Below are positions 17,945-28,469 of a DNA stretch of 64,000 nucleotides, piece after piece (within the stretch, counting starts at the first letter, position 1; every line of letters starts with the position of its first letter). This DNA comes from a virus. The notes under the pieces were generated by a model. The model had not been told where the DNA came from and made no database searches. It worked only from the letters and a program-made list of their open reading frames with translations. Position numbers and translations under genes: made by a program. The stretch lies in the IMG/VR virus record IMGVR_UViG_3300012933_000155, positions 32,001 through 96,000 of that record. One strand, given 5' to 3'.

Positions 17945-18199
17945 ATGCAAATACAAACTTCTCTTGACTGGCAAGCTGTTCACGCTGAATTAAGAACTCA
18001 GATTGGACAGCTTCCTTATAATCCCGATTTGCGTAGAATGTTGAACAACATTAGTAACATGGTGTCTGAGTTAAGTCAAGCAGAAGTTGAATCAAGGCGT
18101 ATCAATAAGCCAGAGTACAATAAACTAAAGGTCGATAGTATTAATAAAGCTATCGACCACTTAGAGAAACTTTTGCTTATCGCAAAGTTAATGAGTTAA
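17945..18199 (+). CDS. Helical hypothetical protein
   Basis: 84 aa directly after promoter. Confidence 0.7.
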   Translation: MQIQTSLDWQAVHAELRTQIGQLPYNPDLRRMLNNISNMVSELSQAEVESRRINKPEYNKLKVDSINKAIDHLEKLLLIAKLMS

Positions 18200-18426
18200 C
18201 TTATAATTACTTTGCGAACTGTTGGTGCAGAGAACGGAGTTACTACTGTTGTCTCAATATAGGATATTAAGTTATTAGGTGGAGTAGATACCACCTTAGT
18301 CACTACAGTAAGCGGCTGCAAGTTAATATCAGTAGCAGGTGACTTGTCACTGATAATTATTTTATTTACTACTTGTGTAGCTGTATAACTTGCATCCAAT
18401 GCAGTTCCGCATGTTATTGTTGCCAT
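18196..18426 (-). CDS. Small protein (MATIT- type, paralog of 20835..21035)
   Basis: Shared MATIT start; follows a ~400-aa paralog. Confidence 0.55.
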   Translation of the reverse strand: MATITCGTALDASYTATQVVNKIIISDKSPATDINLQPLTVVTKVVSTPPNNLISYIETTVVTPFSAPTVRKVIIS

Positions 18427-18428
18427 AG

Positions 18429-19625
18429 TTATTTCTTAGGTACACCTAATCCTATTCTATATGATGCTGAAATTGCGATTGAGTTTATCGGCCAAAGTGA
18501 ATATGTTATTCCATCAACTGTATACTCATCTCCCGGAGTGTAGTCACCGTTGAAAAGAAACACACCGGATCTATCAGAAATGCTACCACCCATTGCAAGA
18601 TAATAGTCATGTATCCACCCTAGTGGGTAATGTAAATAAGTTGTACCGGTTAATGTTTTATTTGGTACTTTTTCATTGACGGTATTGCTTAGTAATTTGT
18701 TAAAAACGATTGCGTAATCAGAACCATCTTGAACAGTACTATTATATAGACCCGCTCTGCCGTCACATGACGATATACCACTAACTGTGTGAGCTACTTG
18801 AACATTATTAGTTATAGGCCAAGAAAAAACATTTGAGCTATTTTGATTGACGATAAAGTTTAAAACTTTAAACGGAACTACGCTACTAGAATTAGTAGCA
18901 ACGAATCCTGGATTCTTATTAGCAGCAAAGTCGGTAGAGTCTAGAGAACTATTAGCTGAATCTCTTGCGGGGTTAGGGTAGATAACCGGAAACACCCCAT
19001 TATCCATTGTGTTGATATAATCATATCTAGTATATTGACTGATGATATACGGACCTAATGCTGATGTACCTGAACCCCAACCAGTTGGGGAAAGTGCCGT
19101 GTTATACGACCATACTATGCAGTCATTTGTAATATACGCCCACACAGAATATACGTCAGTATCAGCGTGTGCATTTGCATTTGTATCTGAAGTTCCTGAA
19201 GTCGAAAGTATGCTTAACCCTGAAGCTGAAAAATCAGTTAGGGATAACTGAGTTGATGACATAGTACCACCGGTTAATGCAGTACCTACACTAAATCCAG
19301 CCATAGAACTCCCTGTAGTAATATGACCTACTTGTGCATAAAACGGTGTGCTAGGGCTATCATACACTGAAAATTGAAATGTGCTTTTCCACACATCATC
19401 ACTCATCGAAAAATGCGAAGTAACGTTGGAGTCTGCGGCAGTCCTGACAATCTCACTAGTTGCTGTTTCAAGATTTGCAGTCAACGCCGAGTTGTAATTT
19501 GCACTTGTTGCTCTTGCCATTAATGAAGTAATGTCAGTGACACTTGGAGTATTCACGATATCAGTTATGATTCTCCAAAATGTTTGCATTGGCTTCGCTG
19601 ATGTGTAATTTAATTTTATAAACAT
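18429..19625 (-). CDS. ~400-aa virion-associated paralog 4
   Basis: MFIKLNY start; FLFNGDYTPGDE...GVPKK end. Confidence 0.7.
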   Translation of the reverse strand: MFIKLNYTSAKPMQTFWRIITDIVNTPSVTDITSLMARATSANYNSALTANLETATSEIVRTAADSNVTSHFSMSDDVWKSTFQFSVYDSPSTPFYAQVGHITTGSSMAGFSVGTALTGGTMSSTQLSLTDFSASGLSILSTSGTSDTNANAHADTDVYSVWAYITNDCIVWSYNTALSPTGWGSGTSALGPYIISQYTRYDYINTMDNGVFPVIYPNPARDSANSSLDSTDFAANKNPGFVATNSSSVVPFKVLNFIVNQNSSNVFSWPITNNVQVAHTVSGISSCDGRAGLYNSTVQDGSDYAIVFNKLLSNTVNEKVPNKTLTGTTYLHYPLGWIHDYYLAMGGSISDRSGVFLFNGDYTPGDEYTVDGITYSLWPINSIAISASYRIGLGVPKK

Positions 19626-19627
19626 AG

Positions 19628-20818
19628 TTATTCCTTAGGGACCGCAATACCTAAACGATAAGTTGTAGGGTCAAAACCGAATGGCATGATAATAAAGGTC
19701 CTGTTACCGTCGGTGATTTCATCTCCTGGAGTATAATCGCCGTTGAATAAGTAAATATCGCTTACCGCAGAGATATCACCTCCCATAATATTAAACATTG
19801 AGTTTTTAAATGTTATTGGATAGAGTGCATAACCTTTGTTCAACAAATTTGGATGGGGAACTCGATGTTGAGTAGTAGTTGATGCAAATGCTCCAGTTGA
19901 AGTACTACTAGATGAGGTACTCAATACGCTACTAAATAATGCCCTGGCACAAGAATTTCTAGGCCCGATGCCTATGGTTGCACGAACTCCGGATGTTACT
20001 GCCCAAGGACCAGTGCTAGTTGATGGGCCCGAGTTAGTAATTGCATGTGCCATTCTGAATGGAGTTTGATTCAGTGTTGTACTGATAGGGTTACATACGT
20101 TGTTAAATATTGCGACATCATTGAATAAATTCCTAGACACACCGTATGTAGTGACCGCAGGGAACATACCATTATCAAGGGTGTTCCAATAATCGTAGGG
20201 TTTATATTGTGCCATCATATGAGGACCAGACCAAGTTGATACGTTATACGCAGTTGGAAAGCCTGATGCAGTTGCAGTACCTAATGACATCCAAACCATA
20301 ACGCAATTGTTATTCACATATGCGAAAAACGAATTAAAAGTATCAGCGGTTGATGCAATTCCCAGAAATCCAATTTCATCAGTCATTGATAGCCCAGTAC
20401 CTGTCGCTGTCGTGTTCGACCATCCCGTAGCAGTAAACCCGTACTGTGCGCTTGCCATTGTACCACCGGTTAATGTTTTGCCACTAGTAAAATTTGATGC
20501 GGAAGTATTTTGAAATCGAAGATAATGTTTTACTGCATTGTTTGTGTAAGCACCCATTTCAATCGTCAGGTTAGCACTATATGCAGTTGAAGTTTTTGCA
20601 ATGTGGGCTTTGATATTTGATGTGTCGTTTGTGCGATATAATTCACATGCTGGTAAATTGATTAAGTTTAAAATCTCACTATTGGTACTTATTGCAGCTC
20701 TCAGCCCAGCAGAATCTGTTATAGATGGCGATGATAGAATGTGAGCTAGTATTCTGTGACCGACGTAACCGCCCGCAGCAGCATTTGGTGAACTCTTGTA
20801 TACTATTTTTAAAAACAT
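19628..20818 (-). CDS. ~400-aa virion-associated paralog 3
   Basis: MFLKIVY start; YLFNGDYTPGDE...AVPKE end. Confidence 0.7.
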   Translation of the reverse strand: MFLKIVYKSSPNAAAGGYVGHRILAHILSSPSITDSAGLRAAISTNSEILNLINLPACELYRTNDTSNIKAHIAKTSTAYSANLTIEMGAYTNNAVKHYLRFQNTSASNFTSGKTLTGGTMASAQYGFTATGWSNTTATGTGLSMTDEIGFLGIASTADTFNSFFAYVNNNCVMVWMSLGTATASGFPTAYNVSTWSGPHMMAQYKPYDYWNTLDNGMFPAVTTYGVSRNLFNDVAIFNNVCNPISTTLNQTPFRMAHAITNSGPSTSTGPWAVTSGVRATIGIGPRNSCARALFSSVLSTSSSSTSTGAFASTTTQHRVPHPNLLNKGYALYPITFKNSMFNIMGGDISAVSDIYLFNGDYTPGDEITDGNRTFIIMPFGFDPTTYRLGIAVPKE

Positions 20819-20834
20819 ATTGTATTTATCCTTT

Positions 20835-21035
20835 TCATCCCCAGGCTCTATTGCGCTTCAACACATCGCTCGGTGGCACGGTCGATATTACTGCTAGTTT
20901 AACTGCTAGCGGAGGATTTTTTGTATTAACTGAAGCAGTCAATGATGAGGTTGCAGTGGGGTAAATTTCTTTAATTTTCTGAATACCCTGCACGATGTCA
21001 GGACCTGCATTCACTACAGTTGTGATAGTAGCCAT
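20835..21035 (-). CDS. Small protein (MATIT- type)
   Basis: Paralog of 18196..18426. Confidence 0.5.
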   Translation of the reverse strand: MATITTVVNAGPDIVQGIQKIKEIYPTATSSLTASVNTKNPPLAVKLAVISTVPPSDVLKRNRAWG

Positions 21036-21036
21036 A

Positions 21037-22263
21037 TTATTCTTTCGGAATAGCTAATGCTATGTTGTTTGTATATCCTGCCCAAGTTGGTATTAACACA
21101 TAAGTGGTAGACCCAATAGATAATTCATCACCGGGTGAATACGGTCCATTGTATAGGTATATGTTAGAAATTTCACTAATGCTACCACCAAAGCAGTTGT
21201 ATACACTCATTTCCCAACCCAAATCGTATAAAGCATAAACCGGAGTTGTGATAGTATCATCAGGTACTTTCATCACTGAGCTAGTTCCAAGGACTAGTGG
21301 CCAAGATGTAGCGTAATTCGCTACACTAGAAAGTGCATTCCCGAGCGGGCGTTGTGCAGCACTATACCCATCAACGGTCAATGCAACGTTTTGTATAGAG
21401 TACGTAGTGGGAACATCAGTTGAGGTACTAGGAGTGTTGTTTATTAGATTTAGTACACGTAAAGCAGAAGTAGTTATATCTGCTCCCGTATACAATGGAT
21501 TTCCATAACCGCTATTCCCGAAGTCACCTGAATTAGAACCAAAGTTGCATCCTAGACCAACACCAAGACCGCGTGGCGAAGAAAATACTACTGGTAAAAT
21601 GTTTGCCGGGGTGTTTAATATATCATCACGTGTGTATTGACTAAAGATGAACGGACCATTAAAGACCGAACTATTACTATAAGTCGTCGGCCAACCATTT
21701 GCTGCTACTGTCTCGTTAACTGCAAACATCATTGAATTGTCGTTGATGTGCATATACAATGTTTTGACTTTAGTAAGTCCGGTTCCACCGTGGACTGATA
21801 ACACCGGAGAACTAGTACCACCATACCCAAGCGCAGATCCTTGTGCAGTAGAAGCAGTCGCTAGTGTACTTAAAGGAATGCTTGCGTTAGCCATTGTCCC
21901 AGAGGTTAACGCAGTGTAAACGACTATATAGCAGTAATCACTAGTTGTAGTGGTATTGTAAAATCTATAATAGATTTTTTTACTAGGATCATCGAATATA
22001 CTTTGTTCAATAGTGAAACTATATACACCGGTGGATGGGCTAGTTGAACTAATATGAGCTTTCGTAGTCGATAGAGTATTAGTCCTCACGATTTCACTTG
22101 AAGCATCATTCAATGCAGAGAGAAGCGATGTAGCGTAGGTACCGGTGGCACGTGAGCGTAGAGTGCTTATGCTAGTAATAGAGCCAGTGTTAATAATGTC
22201 TGTTACTACTCGAAGAACAGACAGAAACGTTTGACCTGTTGTAAAATTTAATTTTATATACAT
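21037..22263 (-). CDS. ~400-aa virion-associated paralog 2
   Basis: MYIKLNF start at 22263; YLYNGPYSPGDE...AIPKE end. Confidence 0.7.
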   Translation of the reverse strand: MYIKLNFTTGQTFLSVLRVVTDIINTGSITSISTLRSRATGTYATSLLSALNDASSEIVRTNTLSTTKAHISSTSPSTGVYSFTIEQSIFDDPSKKIYYRFYNTTTTSDYCYIVVYTALTSGTMANASIPLSTLATASTAQGSALGYGGTSSPVLSVHGGTGLTKVKTLYMHINDNSMMFAVNETVAANGWPTTYSNSSVFNGPFIFSQYTRDDILNTPANILPVVFSSPRGLGVGLGCNFGSNSGDFGNSGYGNPLYTGADITTSALRVLNLINNTPSTSTDVPTTYSIQNVALTVDGYSAAQRPLGNALSSVANYATSWPLVLGTSSVMKVPDDTITTPVYALYDLGWEMSVYNCFGGSISEISNIYLYNGPYSPGDELSIGSTTYVLIPTWAGYTNNIALAIPKE

Positions 22264-22265
22264 TG

Positions 22266-23489
22266 TTATTCTTTCGGTACAGCCCAAGCAACACGGTAAC
22301 TTACACCTTCATTACCTGTCATCGGCATTAGCATGTATTTTTTCCCGTCGTTGTAAATTTCATCACCCGGAGCGAAATCACCGTGAAACAAAAATATACC
22401 AGATTGGTCTGTTATGTTTCCACCACGGCTCCCGTTACGCCTGAATGATATTGGATAAAGAGGAAATACTTTCTTCGACATATCACTTGAAAATATTCTA
22501 GCTTGTTTAGTAGTTGAAAACGGCGAGCCGTTCGCTACATACCCGGCAGCAGCATCGACTGAATTTACTGTACTTAACGGCACAACGTCACCGTATCTAC
22601 TTAAAATTCCTAATGCTGTTTTTTTATTATATTCAATAGTCCAGGATACAGCAGTCGCACTAGGTACTCCTGAAATAGTATTGTACATATAAAACAAACA
22701 CTCTTCGGGAGTACTTGACAGTGTATTATTAGGGGTAGTGATGTCACTCTCTCTAAAAAACGAACCAATTGTTCTATTCGGGTTAGCGTACACAACTGGT
22801 AATATCCCGTTCGAACTGGTATTCCAATAATCTCTAGGAGAGTACTGGGAAATTATTAACGGGCCTTGATAATTTGGGGTAGCGAGTGAGCTTGTAAATC
22901 CGTTTCTACTTCCAGAGTTATTGCAACATGATATCACAAACGTAGTAGGTGTTATGTACGCCCAGACAGTGTTGTATAAAGTTAGTGTGCTAAAGTTTTT
23001 AACTTCTGTCGGGAACCCAGCGTCATTTACTAGAGCTAAATCAGTTCCATTAGCGTTATAATCATATGTAGGTGCTGTTACGTCCCAACTCGATGATGCA
23101 ATGCTATTGTCAATCGTAGTGCCTACTCGAAATGTTGAAACAGTGTCTTTACCTGGATTACTTAATTGGGTGTAGTATAATGATTCAGAGTTATATACCT
23201 TTTGTTGAATGGTAAATTTATACCCGTGACCAAGAGTTGCATAATAATCACTTGATACAATTCCGGGTTTTGAAATGTGTGCAACGGTGTTATCAGTGGT
23301 AGCAGTCCTTATAATTTCAGAGTATGCTGCGTCAAAATTATTAGTTAGGTCAGTGTGATAATTTGCAGTGTTCATTCGTGTTAGCAAATGAGACACGGAA
23401 GTGATGTTGGTGTTGTTGATTATATCAGCTAGTACCCGTAGGAAATTCGAAAGCGGTCTACTAGTGGTGTATTGTAATTTTACAAACAT
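22266..23489 (-). CDS. ~400-aa virion-associated paralog 1
   Basis: MFVKLQY start; FLFHGDFAPGDE...AVPKE end. Confidence 0.7.
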   Translation of the reverse strand: MFVKLQYTTSRPLSNFLRVLADIINNTNITSVSHLLTRMNTANYHTDLTNNFDAAYSEIIRTATTDNTVAHISKPGIVSSDYYATLGHGYKFTIQQKVYNSESLYYTQLSNPGKDTVSTFRVGTTIDNSIASSSWDVTAPTYDYNANGTDLALVNDAGFPTEVKNFSTLTLYNTVWAYITPTTFVISCCNNSGSRNGFTSSLATPNYQGPLIISQYSPRDYWNTSSNGILPVVYANPNRTIGSFFRESDITTPNNTLSSTPEECLFYMYNTISGVPSATAVSWTIEYNKKTALGILSRYGDVVPLSTVNSVDAAAGYVANGSPFSTTKQARIFSSDMSKKVFPLYPISFRRNGSRGGNITDQSGIFLFHGDFAPGDEIYNDGKKYMLMPMTGNEGVSYRVAWAVPKE

Positions 23490-23492
23490 AGT

Positions 23493-23786
23493 TTACTCAG
23501 TCGGTGTAGGCTCAACAGATGATTCTTCTGGAACATCAGTAATCAACGACACAGTTGTTCCCTCAATGAACGAAGTAGTTTTTGCAACATAGATGAATGT
23601 CAATGTTCGTCCTCGAAAGAAATTAAATGATTTTTCTTCATCACTGTCAGCAAACACTACATTAGAAAACATCAAGTTTGCAAACTCTTGGTCAGATGAT
23701 GCAGTTAGAGTTGTAAAGTAAAAATCATAATTCCAAGGATCTTGGATATTGAAATTTATTATTGAAAGCATCTCATTGTATGTCAT
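23493..23786 (-). CDS. Hypothetical protein (possible fibre chaperone)
   Basis: 97 aa acidic ORF directly after the long fibre gene. Confidence 0.5.
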   Translation of the reverse strand: MTYNEMLSIINFNIQDPWNYDFYFTTLTASSDQEFANLMFSNVVFADSDEEKSFNFFRGRTLTFIYVAKTTSFIEGTTVSLITDVPEESSVEPTPTE

Positions 23787-23795
23787 TATTATTCC

Positions 23796-26700
23796 TTAAA
23801 TTTTTGAAAATAGTAGAACCACATGCAAGTCAGATGCACTGGTGCCTGCACTTGTGATATCTACGGTTAGATAATCATCTTCTAATAAAGTACTGTTCGG
23901 AGTTGTCTTAACTAATAACTCTCCGGCAGCAATTGTTACAGTCGTAACCACGGTTGAATTATTCTTCACTACGCTAATCGTAGTAGCAGACGATCCAGCG
24001 TTCTGCAAGTAGCACGACACTTTAGATAACGACCCGCTAATCGGGACATAGACTCGGTCTTCACCGAGACTGTAAGTTAATGGACCTGACCAGTAGTATG
24101 TTTTTGATTGATAAACCTCAGGCATTACTGTAATAAAACTAAATGTTCCGTCACCGTTAGCTGATAGAAGTTGCCCAGTAGTGCCGTCTTCGATTCCTAA
24201 ATCAAGTAATGTAGTTGCCCCAGAGCCACCACCTCCACCTGAAGACTGGGCAACCCAAGATAAGTTTCCAGTTCCATCAGTCGATAGAACTTGACCAGTT
24301 AAGCCACCGGATATCTTTACATTCGAATTGGCTCCTAGTGTAGTGATGCCGTTGACTGTAAGTGCTGTTAAGGTACCCAATGATGTAACAGAAGGTTGTG
24401 ACGAACTTGTGACTGTCGATGCAACAATGTTTAAATTATCGATGTATGTTTTAGTAACTCTATTATCAATAGCAGTATTTGCACGTGCTACTGTGTAGTA
24501 TAAGTTGGCGCCTTCAGATAAATTAGTTGTTGATTTAGTTCCTAGCCACGTTGTTGCAGTACTAGCAAAGTCAGCCGTAGCAAGTTTTGCCCCAATCAAA
24601 GATGTCATTGATGTAGCAAAGTTAGGATCATCTCCCAATGCAGCAGCTAATTCATTTAATGTGTTTAATGTAGTGGGTGCAGCATCTACTAGGTTGCTGA
24701 TTTGAGTACCTACATAACTCTGAGTTGCATAACTGGTTAGTGCAGATGCCTGTAGTGCTGTATCAGCTTTTGCACCTTGCGCCGCAGTAGCATAAGCAGT
24801 AGAATTAGTTGCCGCCGCAGTGCCTAATGTTGGCTTATCAGTTAAATCGTTATACGATGTTACACCACCTCCGCCCAACAAGCTAGTAGTGTCAGTCAAG
24901 TCACTGATATCTGCTGGGATAGTTGGCTTGTCGGTTAAATTATTATACGATGTAACTCCACTACTTAATAAATTCGTAGTGTCTGTCAAGTCACTAATGT
25001 CTGCTGGAATAGATGGTTTGTTAGTTAAGTCAGAATAGCTGCCGCTAAAAGTACTATAACTTGATAAGTCAGGTGGAGTGAAAGCAAACACACCAGTCGT
25101 GTTATCGTATGCAAGATTAGCAACACCTGATGGCTGAACCGATACGCTCAAGTCAGTTAGCTGAATGCCAGTTGCTACGGTACTGAATGTCAACACACCT
25201 GCACCGTCTGTGGTCAATACTTGTCCAGTTGTGCCGTCAGTTATTCCTAAATCAAATACTGAAGTAGGAATTGATGGCTTATCAGATAATTCGTTGTATG
25301 AACTAATTAACAAGTTGGTAGTGTCAGTTAACTCACTAACGTCATACGGGATAAATGGCTTATCAGTTAAATCAATATACGAAGTTACACCACCGCCTCC
25401 GCTAGTCCCGGAAGTAGCATCAGTACCGTTAACCCAGTTAGTCCCATCATATTTTAGAACTTGTCCAGTCGTCAATGTACCTGAGTTAATAACAACACCA
25501 GTTAACTCAGTTAAAGCTGATACACCTAATAAATTAGTCGTGTCAGTTAAGTCACTAATGTCTGCTGGAATAGATGGCTTGTTAGTTAAATCAGCGTAAC
25601 TACCACTGAACAAAGATGGCTTACCTGTTAAGTTTGCATACGTGCCGTCAAATAATGTAGGCTTGTTAGTTAAATCAGTGTAACTTCCACTCGTAGCAAC
25701 AGTTGATAGAGTTGGCTTGCCAGTAATGTTAGCGTATGTAAATGCGTTTGCATTTAACTTGTTAGCTAGTGTATTCGTGACAGTCGTAGAAAAGTTAGCA
25801 TCATCACCTAATGCAGCCGCTAACTCGTTCAATGTGTTTAATGTAGTAGGAGCTGCATCAACTAGATTGCTAATTTGCGTGTTGACATAAGTTTGTGTAG
25901 CGTACCCGGTTAAATCTGTAACTACACCGGTTAATAAACTACCGTCACCTGCAAACTTAGTTGCAGACAATGTACCTGTTGTCTTGTTAAATGTAAATGC
26001 TGAATTACCGGCAGTTGTGCCGTTATCATTAAATTGAACTTGAGTGTTTGTTCCTGCAGGGGCAGATGAACCTACACTAATACCAGTAAGTTGACTACCG
26101 TCACCTATGAATTTTGTCGCAGTTACGTTACCAGCAACTGTCAAATCTATTAGCGTACCAACACTAGTGATATTAGGCTGTGCATTCATAAACACAGTGC
26201 CAGCCATATGTGAACTTGGAACTTCACCGTATATATTTGCAGCACGAATGTTACCTATTTGATAACCGTCACCCTTTAAGAATGATGCTTGCAACACTCC
26301 AGTAGAAGAATTAAATGTGAAGTTTGGACTAGCACCCAAATCACCGTTGTTATTGTATTGAACTTGCGTGTTACTTCCAGCGGTAGTTAAACCTCTAGCA
26401 AGATAGGTAGTAACTTCAATTATTTCACCACTAAACGGAGGCTCAGAGAAAGTTAGTACATCACCGCTAATGTCAAATGCAGAGCGTTGCTGTGTGATAC
26501 CGTCAATGTTGACGTATACGAAGTCTCTACTATCAGGTGTAGTAGATAAAGTGAAATCTATTTCAGTGCCGTCGCCGGTGAATGTATCTTGGGTGATACC
26601 AGTGAAGCCAGAAACAACAACTTGCTCGCCGCCTGCACCACCGTCAGCCCAAGATAAGTTACCTGTCCCGTCAGTGGATAATACTTGTCCCGCTGAACCG

Positions 26701-26837
26701 CCTGTAATTGTGATGTTTGCGGCAGAACCTAAATTTGTCTCACCGTTAACAGCTAGATTGCCAGTAATGTTGGCATCGGCAAACGTAAATGTTGCACTAG
26801 TGTTTACGCTTTTTGGTTCTAATTTTGTAAATGCCAT
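23796..26837 (-). CDS. Long tail-fibre-like protein with internal repeats
   Basis: GQVLSTDGTGNLSW repeats, SYxDLTxKP repeats, two LVDAAPTTLNTLNELAAALGDD modules. Confidence 0.8.
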   Translation of the reverse strand: MAFTKLEPKSVNTSATFTFADANITGNLAVNGETNLGSAANITITGGSAGQVLSTDGTGNLSWADGGAGGEQVVVSGFTGITQDTFTGDGTEIDFTLSTTPDSRDFVYVNIDGITQQRSAFDISGDVLTFSEPPFSGEIIEVTTYLARGLTTAGSNTQVQYNNNGDLGASPNFTFNSSTGVLQASFLKGDGYQIGNIRAANIYGEVPSSHMAGTVFMNAQPNITSVGTLIDLTVAGNVTATKFIGDGSQLTGISVGSSAPAGTNTQVQFNDNGTTAGNSAFTFNKTTGTLSATKFAGDGSLLTGVVTDLTGYATQTYVNTQISNLVDAAPTTLNTLNELAAALGDDANFSTTVTNTLANKLNANAFTYANITGKPTLSTVATSGSYTDLTNKPTLFDGTYANLTGKPSLFSGSYADLTNKPSIPADISDLTDTTNLLGVSALTELTGVVINSGTLTTGQVLKYDGTNWVNGTDATSGTSGGGGVTSYIDLTDKPFIPYDVSELTDTTNLLISSYNELSDKPSIPTSVFDLGITDGTTGQVLTTDGAGVLTFSTVATGIQLTDLSVSVQPSGVANLAYDNTTGVFAFTPPDLSSYSTFSGSYSDLTNKPSIPADISDLTDTTNLLSSGVTSYNNLTDKPTIPADISDLTDTTSLLGGGGVTSYNDLTDKPTLGTAAATNSTAYATAAQGAKADTALQASALTSYATQSYVGTQISNLVDAAPTTLNTLNELAAALGDDPNFATSMTSLIGAKLATADFASTATTWLGTKSTTNLSEGANLYYTVARANTAIDNRVTKTYIDNLNIVASTVTSSSQPSVTSLGTLTALTVNGITTLGANSNVKISGGLTGQVLSTDGTGNLSWVAQSSGGGGGSGATTLLDLGIEDGTTGQLLSANGDGTFSFITVMPEVYQSKTYYWSGPLTYSLGEDRVYVPISGSLSKVSCYLQNAGSSATTISVVKNNSTVVTTVTIAAGELLVKTTPNSTLLEDDYLTVDITSAGTSASDLHVVLLFSKI
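24889..25604. repeat. Repeated ~65-bp units encoding SYxDLTxKPxIPADISDLTDTT
   Basis: Near-identical copies at about 24889, 24979 and 25540, plus degenerate copies. Confidence 0.8.
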
Positions 26838-26895
26838 TCTATATTCCCGATTATTTAGTATTTAGTCAAAAAATAACCAAACACTAGACGGGAAT

Positions 26896-28083
26896 TTAGA
26901 TAAACCAAGTAATGATACTGTATCTAGTACCGTTAGTGACGGGTAATATTTCATGAGGATACATGAAGTTGCTAGGGAACAAGACTACTGAGCCTTTTTT
27001 GGTCTTTAGCTTTAGGTCTCTATTCCAAAAAGCCCATTCCCCGCCCTCATAATCATCGTTGAGTGCAAATGAGCAGGAAACTGCTCTAGGCTGTGCTTTG
27101 TAGCTATCAGTGTGTTGTTTGTAGAACTGTCCAGTTTGATACCTAAGCAACTCGTAACCGGAATCAGACTCAATTCTTGCTTCAGGGAACTTCTCGTTGT
27201 AGCGTTTAATCGCTTCAGCGGCACCCTTAAACAATTCATTGTCTAATAGACGCCTTGTATAATTACTACCTATCACTTCGTTTCGTGAGATAGGAATAGC
27301 ATCAACATTTCGGATATCTCTATCAAGTATACCCTCACCTACATAGGTGGGAATCCATTCACCATCGGGAGCATACTCTTTCAGGATAGCATCACATAAC
27401 TCATCAGGGATGACATTATCAAACACTTGAATGTAATCTTGTAATGTCTTTGCGTATGCTGTGGGTTTTTCTTGGATAGTCTCTATGTCAGATATCACAG
27501 GTGTATTGTCCATAAACAACTTTGGTTCTTCGGGTTTAAATCTATCTCTATCAAAGAATGCCCAGTTGTTATCTCCTCTGCTCCTTACATAGTGCAAAAA
27601 GACCTGAACATATTCCTCACCTTCAAATCTATCTCGCCAGTGGTCGGCGATGTTGCCTCGATACATCATTGCATCACCTGAAGCTAAATCTAGTTGAACT
27701 TCCTCACCGTTAGGCTTTTGAATATAGATTGGCCAGTCATTGTCACTACGAAGATGAAGGGTAAGACTAATCTCACATGCTTCTCTGTCACGGTGTCGCT
27801 CTAGTGTTGCACCTTTTTTATATACTCTTGCGTAAGTGTAAGTAGGCAATACAGTCTCACCCAAGAACCTACTGACTTCAGGAGTTTTTTCACATAGTAA
27901 TTCTAGAAAATCAATGTAGTTATAAACTGAGTGTGATTCTGGAATCTGACTATCACCATCTAAGTCATTTTCTGCACAACACTTGATGAACTTTTTAGCT
28001 AACTCATTAGCACGTTCTGTGCTAATGAAATTGGGGATATGGATGTAATTATTTTCTTTAATAATTTCATTCATTCGATTCAT
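26896..28083 (-). CDS. Tandem two-domain 2OG-Fe(II) oxygenase (prolyl-4-hydroxylase-like)
   Basis: HRD...HWR in domain 1; HTD...HEI...RYS in domain 2. Confidence 0.85.
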   Translation of the reverse strand: MNRMNEIIKENNYIHIPNFISTERANELAKKFIKCCAENDLDGDSQIPESHSVYNYIDFLELLCEKTPEVSRFLGETVLPTYTYARVYKKGATLERHRDREACEISLTLHLRSDNDWPIYIQKPNGEEVQLDLASGDAMMYRGNIADHWRDRFEGEEYVQVFLHYVRSRGDNNWAFFDRDRFKPEEPKLFMDNTPVISDIETIQEKPTAYAKTLQDYIQVFDNVIPDELCDAILKEYAPDGEWIPTYVGEGILDRDIRNVDAIPISRNEVIGSNYTRRLLDNELFKGAAEAIKRYNEKFPEARIESDSGYELLRYQTGQFYKQHTDSYKAQPRAVSCSFALNDDYEGGEWAFWNRDLKLKTKKGSVVLFPSNFMYPHEILPVTNGTRYSIITWFI

Positions 28084-28417
28084 CCTTGGGCGTAACGTCT
28101 TTGACTTCCTCGATTTGAGTTAACTTGCGTTCCAGTGCTTTGGTATCATTTGTCGCTACTGCAAGAAATAATTCTTGAGATGCTTGCGTTGACTTAACCA
28201 TTTCATTTCTGAAACTTTCAACTGCTGCACCTGTTTGACGTTGCATCCCTGAGTTCTCGATTAGCAACATTGGAAGATATGAAACAGTGCAGTTCCAATC
28301 ATCAATTTGTTTTCCTGTGTTGATATCGTATCCTGCAATCTTTACGAACCAAGCACAGTCTAGTCCGATGCATTCTTTTTTAAGTAGTGGGCAAAGATTC
28401 TTTCTCTTTAGTTCCAT
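28067..28417 (-). CDS. Hypothetical protein (CPLLKKEC...CAW...VESFRNEMVK)
   Basis: Cys-rich N-terminus; a type I recall beside fibre/oxygenase genes in aquatic phages. Confidence 0.7.
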   Translation of the reverse strand: MELKRKNLCPLLKKECIGLDCAWFVKIAGYDINTGKQIDDWNCTVSYLPMLLIENSGMQRQTGAAVESFRNEMVKSTQASQELFLAVATNDTKALERKLTQIEEVKDVTPKDESNE

Positions 28418-28469
28418 ATAAACCTCTCTATTCAGTTATTTACTGAGTACGAGGCTTGCCCATATAATT

